In this document: in pieces, positions 46,768-58,585 of the stretch
Layout of the letters: each line of letters opens with the position of its first letter
Numbering within the stretch: position 1 is the stretch's first letter
Source: Dipteris shenzhenensis
Lineage: Eukaryota
DNA length: 64,000 nt
Direction: 5' to 3' (one strand)
Assembly: GCA_047967505.1 (NCBI GenBank)
Contig: CM106538.1
Notes under the pieces: generated by a model
What the model saw: the letters and a program-made list of their open reading frames with translations, nothing else
What the model was told of the DNA's origin: nothing
The model's database searches: none
Program-made: the position numbers and the translations under genes

Positions 46768-49225
46768 CTAATGCAATTGGATGATCAGCTGCATGGGTTG
46801 GATGTCGGTTATGTCGTGCCATGCAAATAATAGGGATGGCCTTTGTAGCAATGGCAACAATCTTGCAATAACCCTAAGGGGAGGACTACCCATGAGGTAG
46901 ACATATGCAATGAAAGCATCCATCCTGAGTGTTATAAACCTAGCATGTGTAGACAGGCAGAAGATATTCTTCTCATCTTCAGACAAGTCTTGGCAAATTA
47001 TGCACAGGGTTTTAGTCCCGATTGATCGTTCCCAGTTGATTGTTGGATGAGCAGACATGATCCTGATTTGGAGTTGCTTCCATTGGATAAGCACGCGTGC
47101 GTTGAGGTGATCTTCCACTTGTAGTGTAGCCACAAGCTCTTCGTACACCACGGTTGTGCATTGTAGTGGGGCGTCATTGGTGTTGTCTTCCAATGCTCAT
47201 TGTTGTGCACTAGCAATTGGAGTTCAAGCTTAGAGATGGCTATTTTTTGGGAGTGCATCTCATTCATTTTTTCTTTGTACTGATGGTAGATGGTTGTGTA
47301 TGCCTCCTTAAGCTTTTTCATTTGCAAGGTGACCTTTGCCTATTGAGGAATGTCTTTAGTGGTATTGGACCATTGGTCCAAGACTTGGGCTTGTGAAGTG
47401 CTGGCCTCTTGAACAGTAGCAAGTTGGTCTTTTAAGAGTCGGCATTCCCTTGTAAGCTCATCAATGCTGAAGGCACGTAGTGCCAAAGATTGTTTCATGT
47501 CTTCAAGCTTGTCTTTGCAATCCTGGAGCTCTTCTTCTTTGTGAATGAGAGTGAGTCAAGCTTGTGCCACTACCTCCGTTTGTTGCGCATGTGCAGATGT
47601 TAAGGAGTTATAGTAGGTCTGTAGGATTGCCATTGCTTCTACTGCCGCAGTCAGCTGTGTTTGACTTTGGTGGAGGTTGGAGGTCACATCCCTTACTGCC
47701 TTCTCTTGAGCTTGGAGAGCTTGGTTCATGCGCACTTCTTCTACTCCTTCTCATCTATCTGTGCCCGAAGTGCCTTGACCTCTATGGCGATTGCTTGGAA
47801 TTGGTCGTCGATTTCTGATGCAGTTTGCCTTTCCAATTCTCTTGCATATGCTTCCTTGGCCAAGCTAGTGAATACTTCTGACATTTGGATCATTTGGCTA
47901 GCTTGATGTTGGAGAATGACAGACGGTGATGAGGTCTGGCAATATTGCTAATACAAGTGGTGCCCATGTAGCCATCCCGATGATTCTGTAGTACTTGGGG
48001 GAGGTTGTTCCAATGGCATCTCAGTCCCTTGTGTACAATAGTCATACTGCTGATCTGGCACTAGCTCCCCTTGTGGCTCATCGACTGGCATGGCGTCAAT
48101 GGGCGGTTCGAGTGCTGATGTGGTCTCAAGCTCTGGTGCTAATCTTTCCTTAGGTTCGGGTGCCGACCTTGTCTCAAGCTCGGGTGTTGGTTCTGTTGGT
48201 GGAGACTTAGTGGTTGCAGTTGTGCACCGAGCTGTAGCATTTCCTGGGGCAATTTTGCAATCCTGCTTTCTAGAATAGGTACTTCTGTTAAGGCATCTGC
48301 ACTTATCAATGTGATAGCTAGAGAAGTTGGTGATGGCTCCCATACTGGTGAGAAGGGTATGTCCAACTCCTTAATTGGCTTTGGTGACTGGATTTCTCTT
48401 TCTTGTAGTTCTTTTTTTATGATTATAGCCAATAAGTGTGGAATTTTACATTTCTGGCCTGAAGAACCATCGAGTTTTTTGGTAAAGAAAATGACGAAGT
48501 GCTGGACCCAGTCTTGTTTTAGCTTCCTACTCAGCAAAACAAATGTGCGGAGTGGAAGGGAGCGTTCCTTGCCATACTTTATTCCCAGGATTGTGGATAG
48601 AAATTGTGCTACTTCCTTGAGGCGATGGTCAAGGATTGTGTGAAGCAATATGCCATCTCTATGGATTAGGGTACCCTTGGTGAGGAGAGACTGTAACTTT
48701 GATAAACTTTGCATCAACAGACTGTTTAGGGTATTTGCCACCTTGTTTTGGCAGTGAGAAAGCCCTTTGAATGACTGTACTGTCGAGGATAATGTTCAGT
48801 GGGCTCTGCTGTATAGTGATTGTACCGTACTTGCCATCCTTTGCATTGCTGGAGTAGTAAGAGTGGAGAAAGTCCGTGATGTAGGTGGTCAAGATAGGAC
48901 TGTCCTCCAAGGATTTGAGGCTCTCATGCAAACTACCTAGACCCCGTTGCTCTAAGTAAGATGTTGCTTCCTGGGAAAGAGCATAAGTCAATGTGGGTGG
49001 CTAGACAAGTTCCAATGATTGGGCCTTGTTAACGGTTGTGTAGGCCGGTTGGGGTGGCATTTGTTCTGCTTGGTCATGCACTGAATCTTCTTTGGAGCTA
49101 TTGCTTTGGACCACGAATGCCTGTGGTCTCTGTGGTTGAGAGGATGTAGATGGCTGTGAACTCTAGAGGGGGTCCCGTGGTTGAGGCGGTGGGCTCTTTC
49201 TGCGCATCCTCTTTAGTGGAGGCAT
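46768..49225 (-). pseudogene. Long decayed extra ORF of B (basic N-terminus, globular region, coiled coil), at the env-like position
   Basis: MPPLKRMRRKSPPPQ.. links across two TAG stops to ORF 48659-48991, then to 48139-48741, 47948-48343, 46998-47327 and 46768-47193. Confidence 0.6.
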
Positions 49226-49592
49226 CTTTTCAGAACCTGCATCCATGTACATGTAGTGTACCATTGATCATTAGACTGATTGGCATGCCGGTATGACCTT
49301 TTTGTGTGTGTGTGTGGGAGAGAGATCTTTTTTTATACATCTTTTGAGAGTGTGGAATGAAAGTGTGTGGTACAATTATTCATGCAATCATCTATGTGTC
49401 TAAGCAAAAGCGTGTGAGTGCACGTGACCTAGTAGCTAAGTAGGGACTAACTATATGCTTTTTTTTGCTGGGATTTTCATAGGGCAGCTAGAACTCATTC
49501 ATCACTTCTGAGCTCTAGGTAAAATCGATTGATGCTACCTATATGTGCGAAGACATACATATGCAAGTGAGTGCTCGTGATACAATCTAATC

Positions 49593-51443
49593 CTAACTAA
49601 GGAAGACTTGGTTTCCCAAATCTTCATTTTTGTCGAGGATGGCTTGTGTGTTGATGTAGTAGCGCTTCAGTCGGCTCCCATTTATTGTTGTGTTGAATTG
49701 GACTCCATCTAGTGTTTCAAGTAGCACAGCTCTGATGGGATTCATCTTTCGTACTCGGTAGGGTCCTTGACCTAGATACTTCAGTTTTCCCTTGTGTACT
49801 TTGGCATTGTATAACAGGACTAAGTCGCCTTCCTTGATGTCTTTAGCTTTCAGATTCCTGTCAAACCATGCCTTTCTTCTGCATTTTTCTGTTGTCATGG
49901 CATGGTAGGAGACTAGTCTTGTCTTTGTATGCTTTTCCAACTGACAGAGCCTTTCTTTCAAGGACTCATGATCACCCATGCGTTCTTGTACTGTGATGCG
50001 TAGACTTGGTATTACAAATTCGAGTGGGACCATGGCTTCAAGGCCATACACCAATTGAAAAGGTGTGTTCCCTGTACTGACCTTGAATGTGGTTCTGTAT
50101 GCCCATAAGGCTGCATTCAATTTCTCTGCCCAATCAAAACGCTGTGGTTCTACTACCTTGGTGAGGATATTGCATATGATTTTGTTTGTGGATTCTGCTA
50201 GTCCATTCCCTTGGGGGTAGTAGGGTGTGCTTTTTCTATGAATTACCATGAAGCCAGACAAGAGTTCTTGGATTACCTCATTGAAAAAATGTGTGCCTCT
50301 ATCCGATACAATTTCAATGGGGCATTCGAATCGAGTGATCACATTTTCGTATAAGAATCTTGCTGTGCTTCTGGCATCTGCCTTTCTGACTGCTTTAGCT
50401 TCAGCCCATTTTGTAAAGTAATCAGTGGCCACAATGATGTAGCGTGCCTGTGTTCCTTTTGCTGCTGGATTATGGGACCCACATAGTCAATCCCCCATTT
50501 TTCAAATGGTTGTTGTGCAACAGTTGGTGTTAGGGGATTGAAGTCTTTGTGTTGTGGTTTAATAGTCCATTGGCATACATCAGAGCCTTTTACATATTCA
50601 TAGGCATCTGCCCATAGTGTTGGCCACCACTAGTAGCCTACGAGGAGAACTTTTCTTGCTGTGGCTTCCCCTTGGAAGTGTCCTCCTACAATACCTTCAT
50701 GGACTTCACTCAAGATTGGCAGGATCTCATGAGGCATTACACATCTTCTTAATATCTGGTCCTTGCCCATCTTGTACAGTTGTCCTGCAATGAGTTGATA
50801 GGGTGCAGCCTTTAGAATCACTTTTCTGGCATCTACTGCTTTCATGTCAGGGGGTGGTCTTCCTGCCATCAAGTACCCAATGATATCGCCACACCATTCT
50901 GGAACATCATCTATTTGAAATAGTGTGGCATCTGGTAAGTCGTCTTCTACTCCAGTGGCTTCTTCTCCTGACTTGACTCGAGACATGTGATTGGCAATGT
51001 AGTGTTGGGCACCTTTGCGGACCACGAATTTGAAGTTGAATTCTTGCAGCAAGAGGAGCCATCTGGTTATTCTTCCTGTGGTACACGGACGGTTCACAAG
51101 ATAAAGCAATGCTTGATGGTCGGTGTAGAAGACAAAATCATTTGCGAGTAGATAGTGCCAAAATTTCTTTACACTATACACCATTGCTAGGGCTTCTCTT
51201 TCTGTGGTTGTATAGTTGATCTCTGCATCATTGAATTGTCGACTGGCGAAGTAGACAGGGTAGTCTTTCTTATGTTCACCAGGTTGACAAAGCACACTCC
51301 CAATTGCATACTTGGATCCATCAGTATGAACATGAAAATCAATATCCCAATTGGGAGATATAAGGATGGGTGCTGTGATTAGGCACCATTTTAAAAGCTC
51401 AAAGGCTTGGTCGCACTCTTCAGTCCATAAGAACTCCACAAAG
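49593..51443 (-). pseudogene. pol: B RT connection, RNase H and integrase
   Basis: FHVHTDGSKYAIG, NYTTTEREALA, TDHQAL, DYFTKWAEA, SDRGTHF, YPQGNGLAE, GQGPYRV. Confidence 0.93.
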
Positions 51444-54159
51444 GTTATTCAACTGCGGAGGTTCAACTTTTGGGAGCTCGACTGCCATTAGGGCATGCAG
51501 AATGGCTAGGTCATTATCAAAGATTTGATCTTCAATTTCAGCATTCGCAGCCTCTGTTTCAAGGTCCCAAGGAAAATCTGAGTCATCATTGGTATGTGTA
51601 CCTTCTTCAGGTTCATTATACCATTCGAGGTCAACCATAAAGAATGGCATCTCTAGATCGATTGGTTCTTCATGTGTCAGTGGAGGATCGACCTGTAGTG
51701 CATTAGCATCTATCTGTGAGAAGATGGGGTCTAATGAATGGCAGTTGTCGATGGCTGCCAATTTTGCTCGAGATTGTCGTGGAAGATGTGTCATCCAATG
51801 CTCTAGGCACAATTGGTTTAATGGCTCCTGTCCCCACATTCACCCTGACTGCAGTGTCTTGATTCTGGATTGTCAATCTATTAGTTCCCCAGTCATGGAG
51901 GACTGATGCTGCCCGTAACCAAGGATGTCCAAGTAAGATTTGATAGGATTTTTTGGGGAGATCCAAGATTGTGAATTGAAGGGAAAAGCGAACTCCTGCA
52001 ATTTTTGTGGACACACCATTCACTATTCCCAAGGGTTTAGCCCGTGAATCATCAGTAAGGCGTATGTTGAAATTAGCCTTTTGCATTGGTGGGAGACCCC
52101 ATTCTTCGTAGAGCTCCTTTGATAGGACATTGACACCTGATCCACCATCCACTATGGCTTGGACTTCATTATATGCCTTGTAGATCAAAGGCACAATAAT
52201 GTTGCATATGTCATCTCTCTCACCCATCCGCACAGGGATATCTTCAATGTCGTTCATAGGTGGAGGGGGATTTGCGAGTTCAATCCATCCTTTGAAACTC
52301 TCCCAGAGATTGGGACAACTCCGTAAGAGGATTTTGATGGGAATTGAGACATGGCAACTCAGGATGCTAGAGAGTGCGGCTCCTTCAAGTTGACATGGCG
52401 GTACATTCTGTTGTGGAGTCTGTTGTTGGAACAAAGGCTCGAGTACAGTATCAATACTTTGTGGGGCCAAGTCATGGATTGGGTCTTGAGCTTGCTTCTC
52501 AGCCTCAAATTGAGCTTGTTCATTTTGGACCCATTGCTGAAGTACCTGAAAACGAGCCTTCTCCACCTCTGCATTTGGGTATGGAGCTTCTTTTATTTGA
52601 GGCTCGGGAGTTGATGTGGATGAGCTCGACTGCTCATTGCTTAGCGGAGGTGGAGGCACTTGTGCTTTCTTTTTCAGAAGTCGCTTTGGTTGGATTGGAA
52701 TGATAGGGTCCTTCGTGGCCTCTTTCTGTTGGCGTGTAATTACATTGATAGGTTGTGACCTTACACTTGCCAGACCCAGACTTTGATGGTCCACCCCAAT
52801 GATGTCGATGGGGATGTCAAGCTTAACCTCTGTTTGTTCTGGGACCTTATTTTTTATGGGACAATCCATACAGGCATGTCCTATGCCACAATCTCTGCAG
52901 AGTGGTTGGAAAGTAGCTGGGCTACCACGATGAGGGCACTCTGCGATCCGATGATTTTCTCCACAACCGTAACACTTGATTGGTGCTCGATATGTGTTGG
53001 GTCGTACTTGATTTGCATAAACTGGTATGAGACCCTCTGCACCTTCTACATAGTACACTGGGTACTTTGCTTCATACTCAAACAGCGAGTCTACTTCCTC
53101 AGCTTGTAATTGATGTATGGGAACTGCCTGAGGAGCTGGATTTGGTGCTCTTGGATACACTCATGGATTTGGATTCCTGAGTAGTTGTGGGAATTGTGTC
53201 TGAACGGGAACAGGATTTAGCCTTGGAACTGAGGGCGCTTGTGCAAGTGCCGGTTGCCTGTATACTGGCATGGATGCCGCTTGGTATTGTGGAGGTCGAG
53301 GCGGATTGTTGCGCATGTTGAAGATGCAACTGTTCTCATCATGGCCACCGACGACACAGATATGGCATCACAATCATGGCAGTGGATTTGCTTGTGTAGT
53401 GATCCTTGCTCTTAGGACTGGGCATTCATTTGCTGTATGATTTGCCAAGCAGTGTGGGCACCAGACATTTTCTCGCTGTGGATATGTTTGAGTTGGCGGC
53501 TGAGACAAGTGGAGTTTTTGATCCATGGCCTGCATCATATCTTCTTTCAGTTTCAAGGTCATGGCCTCTAGGCGATCTTCATTGGATGTTTCGACAGTGT
53601 CCTTTGATTTACCCTTTTTCGAGCGCTTATCTCGTGTATTTGATCTATCGTCATCACTACTAGTGTCTGAGTCTGTCATGCCATCTTCGATGTCAATGGC
53701 TGCCGCATGAGCAGCATTGAATGTTTCATAGCTACTTATCTTTTTCATATCCTTTCGGATTTTCTTTCTTAGACCTGCTATGAACCATGCCGTGAGGTAC
53801 TTTGCATTTGGGTGTGGGTCACATTTGGCGATCAATCTCTTCATCTTTCCCAGGTATGTGCGTACATCTTCTCTCCGGCCTTGTTCGATCTTGCTGAGTT
53901 GGAGAGCAGGATCATCTTGTAGCCTCTCCGTTTGAAAGCGACGTTTGAATTTGGTTTGAAGTAGGTCCCATGTGGCACGTTCTTCCATGAGAAGGTTGAG
54001 GTACCATTCTGATGCCTCATCAGTTAAGGCCATTGGAAACCAAGCCACCTTGGTTTCATGGGATTGATCACCACCTGCTCGACATGCGACATCAAAATGC
54101 TGGAGGAAGCGAGCTGGGTCTCCCCTACCATTATATTTGGGAAGTTCTAGTTTTCCCAA
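51444..54159 (-). pseudogene. gag: B gag-protease; gag to protease is one frame broken by three TGA codons
   Basis: LPKYNGRGDPARFLQHF..WYLNL..; four Zn knuckles; AIVDGGSGVNVL..ILLGHPWL. Confidence 0.9.
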
Positions 54160-55187
54160 GGGGCGTCGGCCTTGATTATGGTGATTTCATCGATTGAAGA
54201 AGTTTTTAGCCTCTGCATCAAGCTCGATATCCCCATCATGGTCATGACAGCGTCCAGCCATGTTGGGGTGTGGAGGAGTTAAAGGGAGTTGTTGAATCTC
54301 AGGGGGGGATTCGGGGTAGAGGATTGGCAGGGGCGGTGGTTGCAGTGGAGTTAGATGCGGATGGGGCGAGCGTTGGAGTCAAAGTCGTTGGCCGGAACGT
54401 AACTGCATGCAGATTGTGCGTGATTTGCCAAGGGTGTTGCTACCCCAAGTGCGGGTGTGGAGGTGGTGTTGTTAGGAGAGTTAGAGTGGTGTTAGTTTGT
54501 GTAGGGACCGTCGTGTTGATAATGTGCCTAAGATTGTCCTACGTGTGTAGCGAAATGTGCCGGTGCAGACGGATCGTTAATCGGAGGTCACGGCGTGAAA
54601 ATACGAGTGAATTAATGCAAAAAGAGGCCCACATGGGGGCACAAATGAACGTGTGCTAGGGATGCCGAAATGGTGTGCAATGGGCTGGAAAAATACCTCG
54701 TAATGTGCTGTTTCTGTATGTGAAATCTAGGTTCAAACGGGGTTTAGTTTGGGTCCCAAACGGATGAGTTTCGAGGGGTTAAAGTAGGGGTAAATTTTGC
54801 GTTGGGGGGTCCTAATGGTGGTGTGAATGGACTTTAAGTCCAACCGAGGGGTTGAAACCAAGTTGATCTAGTTAGACTAACTGACCTATTTGTCTAGTTA
54901 GAGGCTAATCAATTAGTCTAACCTAGCCTAGTGAGGGTTAGACTGACCATAGTTAGTTCAACTAACGTAGTCAGTGTAAGTAACTACATTTAAGTTAACT
55001 GAGGTAAGGTTAAACTAATCGAACCAAGGGCAAAACTAACCTAGCCTAGGTTTCTGCTAACTAACCTAGCTTAACCTAATCTAACTGAGTTAGACTAACT
55101 AGCCTAGGGTTAACCAACTAACCTAGCCTAACCTAACCTAAGTTAACCAACTAACCTAACCGCAGTTAGTCACTAACCTGAGAGTAG

Positions 55188-56348
55188 TTTTTTTTTTTTT
55201 TTTTGGGGTGGGGGGGGGGCCTTCCTGACGGCGGCGCCCAGGGGGGGTCGCGCGGGGGGTGATTGGAAGAGGGGCGGCGCTGTGTGCGTCGCCGGGGGCG
55301 GGCGAGGGTGTGGAGCGGGGGGGGTGAGCGGGGCGGGGGGGTGAGCGGGGGGCGAGGGAGTTGCGAGGGGGGCTGGGGGCGATGGGGAAGGGCGGGGGGT
55401 GGCCGGGGCGGGGGCGGGGCAGGGGATGGCACAGGGCGGGGGCTGTGAACGGGGGGCGGGGGAGTTGCGAGGGGGGCGGGGGGCGACGGGGGAGGGCGGG
55501 GGGTGGTGGGGGGCGGGGGCGGGGCGGAGGAGTGGCACGGGCGCGGGGCGGGGTGGGGGATGGCACGGGGCAGGGGTTGTGAATGGGGGGCAGGGGAGTT
55601 GCGAGGGGGGCGGGGGGGCGATGGACGCAGGGCGGGGGGTGGTGGGGGCGGGGGTTGGCTGGCAGGGCGGGGCGATGAGGGCCGCCAGGGGATGGTCACG
55701 GGGCAGGGCGGCGGGGGCGACCGGGGGATGGCCGCAGGGGAGGAGCTAGCGAGCGCCGCCGCTGGCGGCTCCGCTGCTGGCGGGGCGGGCATCGCCGGCC
55801 CGAGCGGGGTGGGGGGTAGGTCGCGGCGGCTCTGCGGAGCGCGGCCGCGGGGTAGCTGGGGGGGTTGACAGAGGGGGCGGTGTACAGAGAGGGGGGTAAG
55901 GGGGAGAGAGAGAGGGGGGTGGGGGAGAGAATGAGGGGGAGAGAGGAGAGAGTGAGAGAGAGAGGGGGGGAAGGGGGAAGAGAGGAGAGAGAAAAGAGAG
56001 AGAGGGGGGGGAAGGGGGAGAGAGGAGAGAGAAAAGAGAGAGAGAGAAAGAATAAGAGAGAGAAAGGGGGAGGGATAGAGAGAGAAAGAAAGAGAGAGAG
56101 TGAAAGGGGGAGGTGGTGGAAATGGGAGGGGGAGGGGGAGAGGGAGGGGGGTGGTGGAAGGGGGGAGGGGGAGGTGGTGGTGGAGATGGAGGGGGAGGGG
56201 GGAGGGGGAGGTGGAAATCGAGGTGGAGGGGAGAGGGGGAGGTGGAAATGGAGGGGGGAGGTGGTGGTGGAGATGGAGGGGGGAGGTGGTAGTGGAGATG
56301 GAGGGGGGAGGGGGGAGGTGGTGGTGATGGGAGGGGGAAAAAAAAAGA
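55188..56348. repeat. Extremely G-rich (+) / C-rich (-) low-complexity tract in the B leader, bounded by T and A runs
   Basis: Dozens of G3-G8 runs; ggagttgcgagggggg repeated three times. Confidence 0.9.
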
Positions 56349-56979
56349 GCACAAAAACTTGACGGACGGAAATAAAAAAGGAGGGAGAAGTGGTCACCTG
56401 AACGCTCTCCAAGTCTTTCTCGATGTAACGGGATTGTTGTGGAACAATGGACAATGGGTGGAAGGCTAGGTTATCGCTGCGAGAAGGGCTTGAAGTCACT
56501 TACAATGCGAGGATGGGAGTAAGGTGGTGGTCGATGGAGAGGGAGGAGTGTCTTGCGTGGGGCTCGGAATGAAGAAGAGAATGGAGGCAAAAAGTGAAAG
56601 GTGAAGAATGAGGGGGTGGAGTGGGTTTTTATAGGATGTGATTTTAGGTTTAGGGTTTAACCCTAAACTCTTCCCGAGCCATAACTCTTTATGGAGAGCC
56701 CAGTTTGCTTTTTTGTAAAAAGGTAAAATGAGCAAAATTGCAAGCTTTACGCATTCGTGTCCACTACCTAGCCTGATTGTATATCCTATGGCTTCTATTT
56801 AAGAAATTAAGGAAATTTATTAAGGTAGTTACCCAAGGTTGATGCTTGGGGCTGATATGTTTGAAATGGAAAATTTTTTTTTACTCTCCTTGCCCTTGAG
56901 TGTTAAGTTCATGAAAGTTCGAAGTAGTGTGTTTTCTACATATAGCTGCATATGTTTACTCTTACTTGAGATGCTAGTC

Positions 56980-56997
56980 TCCTCAGCAACGGCGCCA
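56980..56997 (-). other. PBS of B (TGGCGCCGTTGCTGAGGA; 16/18 match to the tRNA-Asp PBS TGGCGCCGTTGCCGGGGA)
   Basis: 2 nt after the LTR end. Confidence 0.85.
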
Positions 56998-57810
56998 AAG
57001 GTTGGCTCTTTCCTACTACTTTCGTAGGAAGAGCTGGGTATTCTATGTTTGCAGGGTTCCAAGGCTTTTTGTCACCTACAGATATATTGGGATTGTCGGT
57101 TGTAGTATATGTGTAGCTTAGGACCTCGAGTCGTGTTCCGATGAGAGACGTAGGCTTAAATGTGGTAAGCAAACAAAGTGTATGCATGTGTAAAAGGAAC
57201 GTAAATCATCTTTGTTGAGGTAATGAAGGCTTTCGCCTTCATTGGGGGTTGTAGGATTTAGGAGGAGTTTAAGGGTTCAGAAGGAGGTTCCAGGGTTCAG
57301 AAGGAGGTTCCAGAGTTCAGAAGGAGTTCCAGGGTTCAGAAGGAGGTTCCAGGGTTCAGAAGGAGGTTTCAGAGTTTAGAAAGTGTTCCAGGGTTTAGAA
57401 GGAGGTTTGGTTTGAGGGAGCTTTGTTTGGAATTGCAAACCTTGATGATAGGTGTTTGCAAGATAAAATCGATTTGTGCTTATGGCAAAGCATAACCAGG
57501 GTTCAAAAGGAGGTTCCACGGTTTAGGAAGAGTTCCAGGGTTTAGAAGGAGGTTCCAGGGTTCAAGGTAGAGTACATGGTGGAGAACTCGTCTCCCTCAT
57601 AGATCATGGAGTTTTAAGGGTTGAGGAACAAAGGGTTTAGGGGAGCATAGGAGTGGAAGAGGAAGAAGGTGTAAGAGCATGGGGGAAAGAAGAGAGAGGA
57701 GGGAGGAGGAGGAGAGAGGAGGAGGAGGAGGAGGGAGGAGGAGGAGGAGGAGGAAGGAGGAGGAGGAGGAGGAGGAGGGAGGAGGAGGAGGAAGGAGGAG
57801 GAGGGAGGAG

Positions 57811-58505
57811 TGTTAGAGTTAGCTCAAATGTCCACCTCTCATGTAACCCACCAATATTCTGTGTACCCAATGTTGTAAGGCCCCCATATGAGGAGAAGCC
57901 ATGATGGGTATCAGATATTGGGAGGGATCCCCAGTTTAGACACTGGAAGGGGTCTTAGAGTAGACCAGATGGTTATGAGACGGCTTAGGAGCCAAGAGTA
58001 GATACCCGTCTGCACAAAGGGGGGGTTCGGGGGGGCGATAGCCCCCCCGATAGCAGGGGGTCCGGGGGGCGCAGGCCCCCGGTGGGGGTCTGGGAGCAAA
58101 GCCCCCAGCGGTAGGGTCCGGGGGCTGCCGGTAGCCCCAGGCCCGACGGTATGACCTATGCGCGATCCTTCATCTGCCCGACGGCATGTTTTCTGAAGGG
58201 TCGGTGGTCTTCCAGGCCGACTGTCTATTAGGCCGACTGCCTATTACAGGGCCGACCGTCAACCACTTACACTATATAAGTGGCCACCCCCTATCATCAG
58301 ATCACCAGTTCTTCACGCTCATAGTCCTCCGTCCAGCATCTGTCTAGATCACCATCGAAGCTCTGTCTGTAGAGCGCACGGGTGGACAGCCAACCATCAG
58401 TTGTATCAGCAGTTTGGTATATCAGAATTTTTTGTATTCTCTCCAGCTTTTCCATCGTGTACTTGCGTTTTGTTGTTATCTTCCGCTGCGTACTATTTTC
58501 TTACA
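57811..58505 (+). repeat. 5' LTR of A
   Basis: TGTTAG..TTACA; TATATAA at 58273. Confidence 0.97.
58200..58279 (+). promoter_or_regulatory. DRE/CRT (RCCGAC) cluster immediately upstream of the LTR TATA box
   Basis: GCCGAC at 58216, 58232 and 58251; GTCGGT at 58200; TATATAA at 58273. Confidence 0.55.
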
Positions 58506-58585
58506 TGGTATCAGAGCTCAGGCTATCTGAGTAACGACTTTATTGCAAGTTCAACGAGCTTTGTTAGCAAAGGCTACTAGGAGTG

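Noticed and set aside
55156-56499. Pro/Gly-rich extensin-like ORFs
   Set aside because: Open in nearly all frames because of G/C low complexity; located in a retroelement leader.
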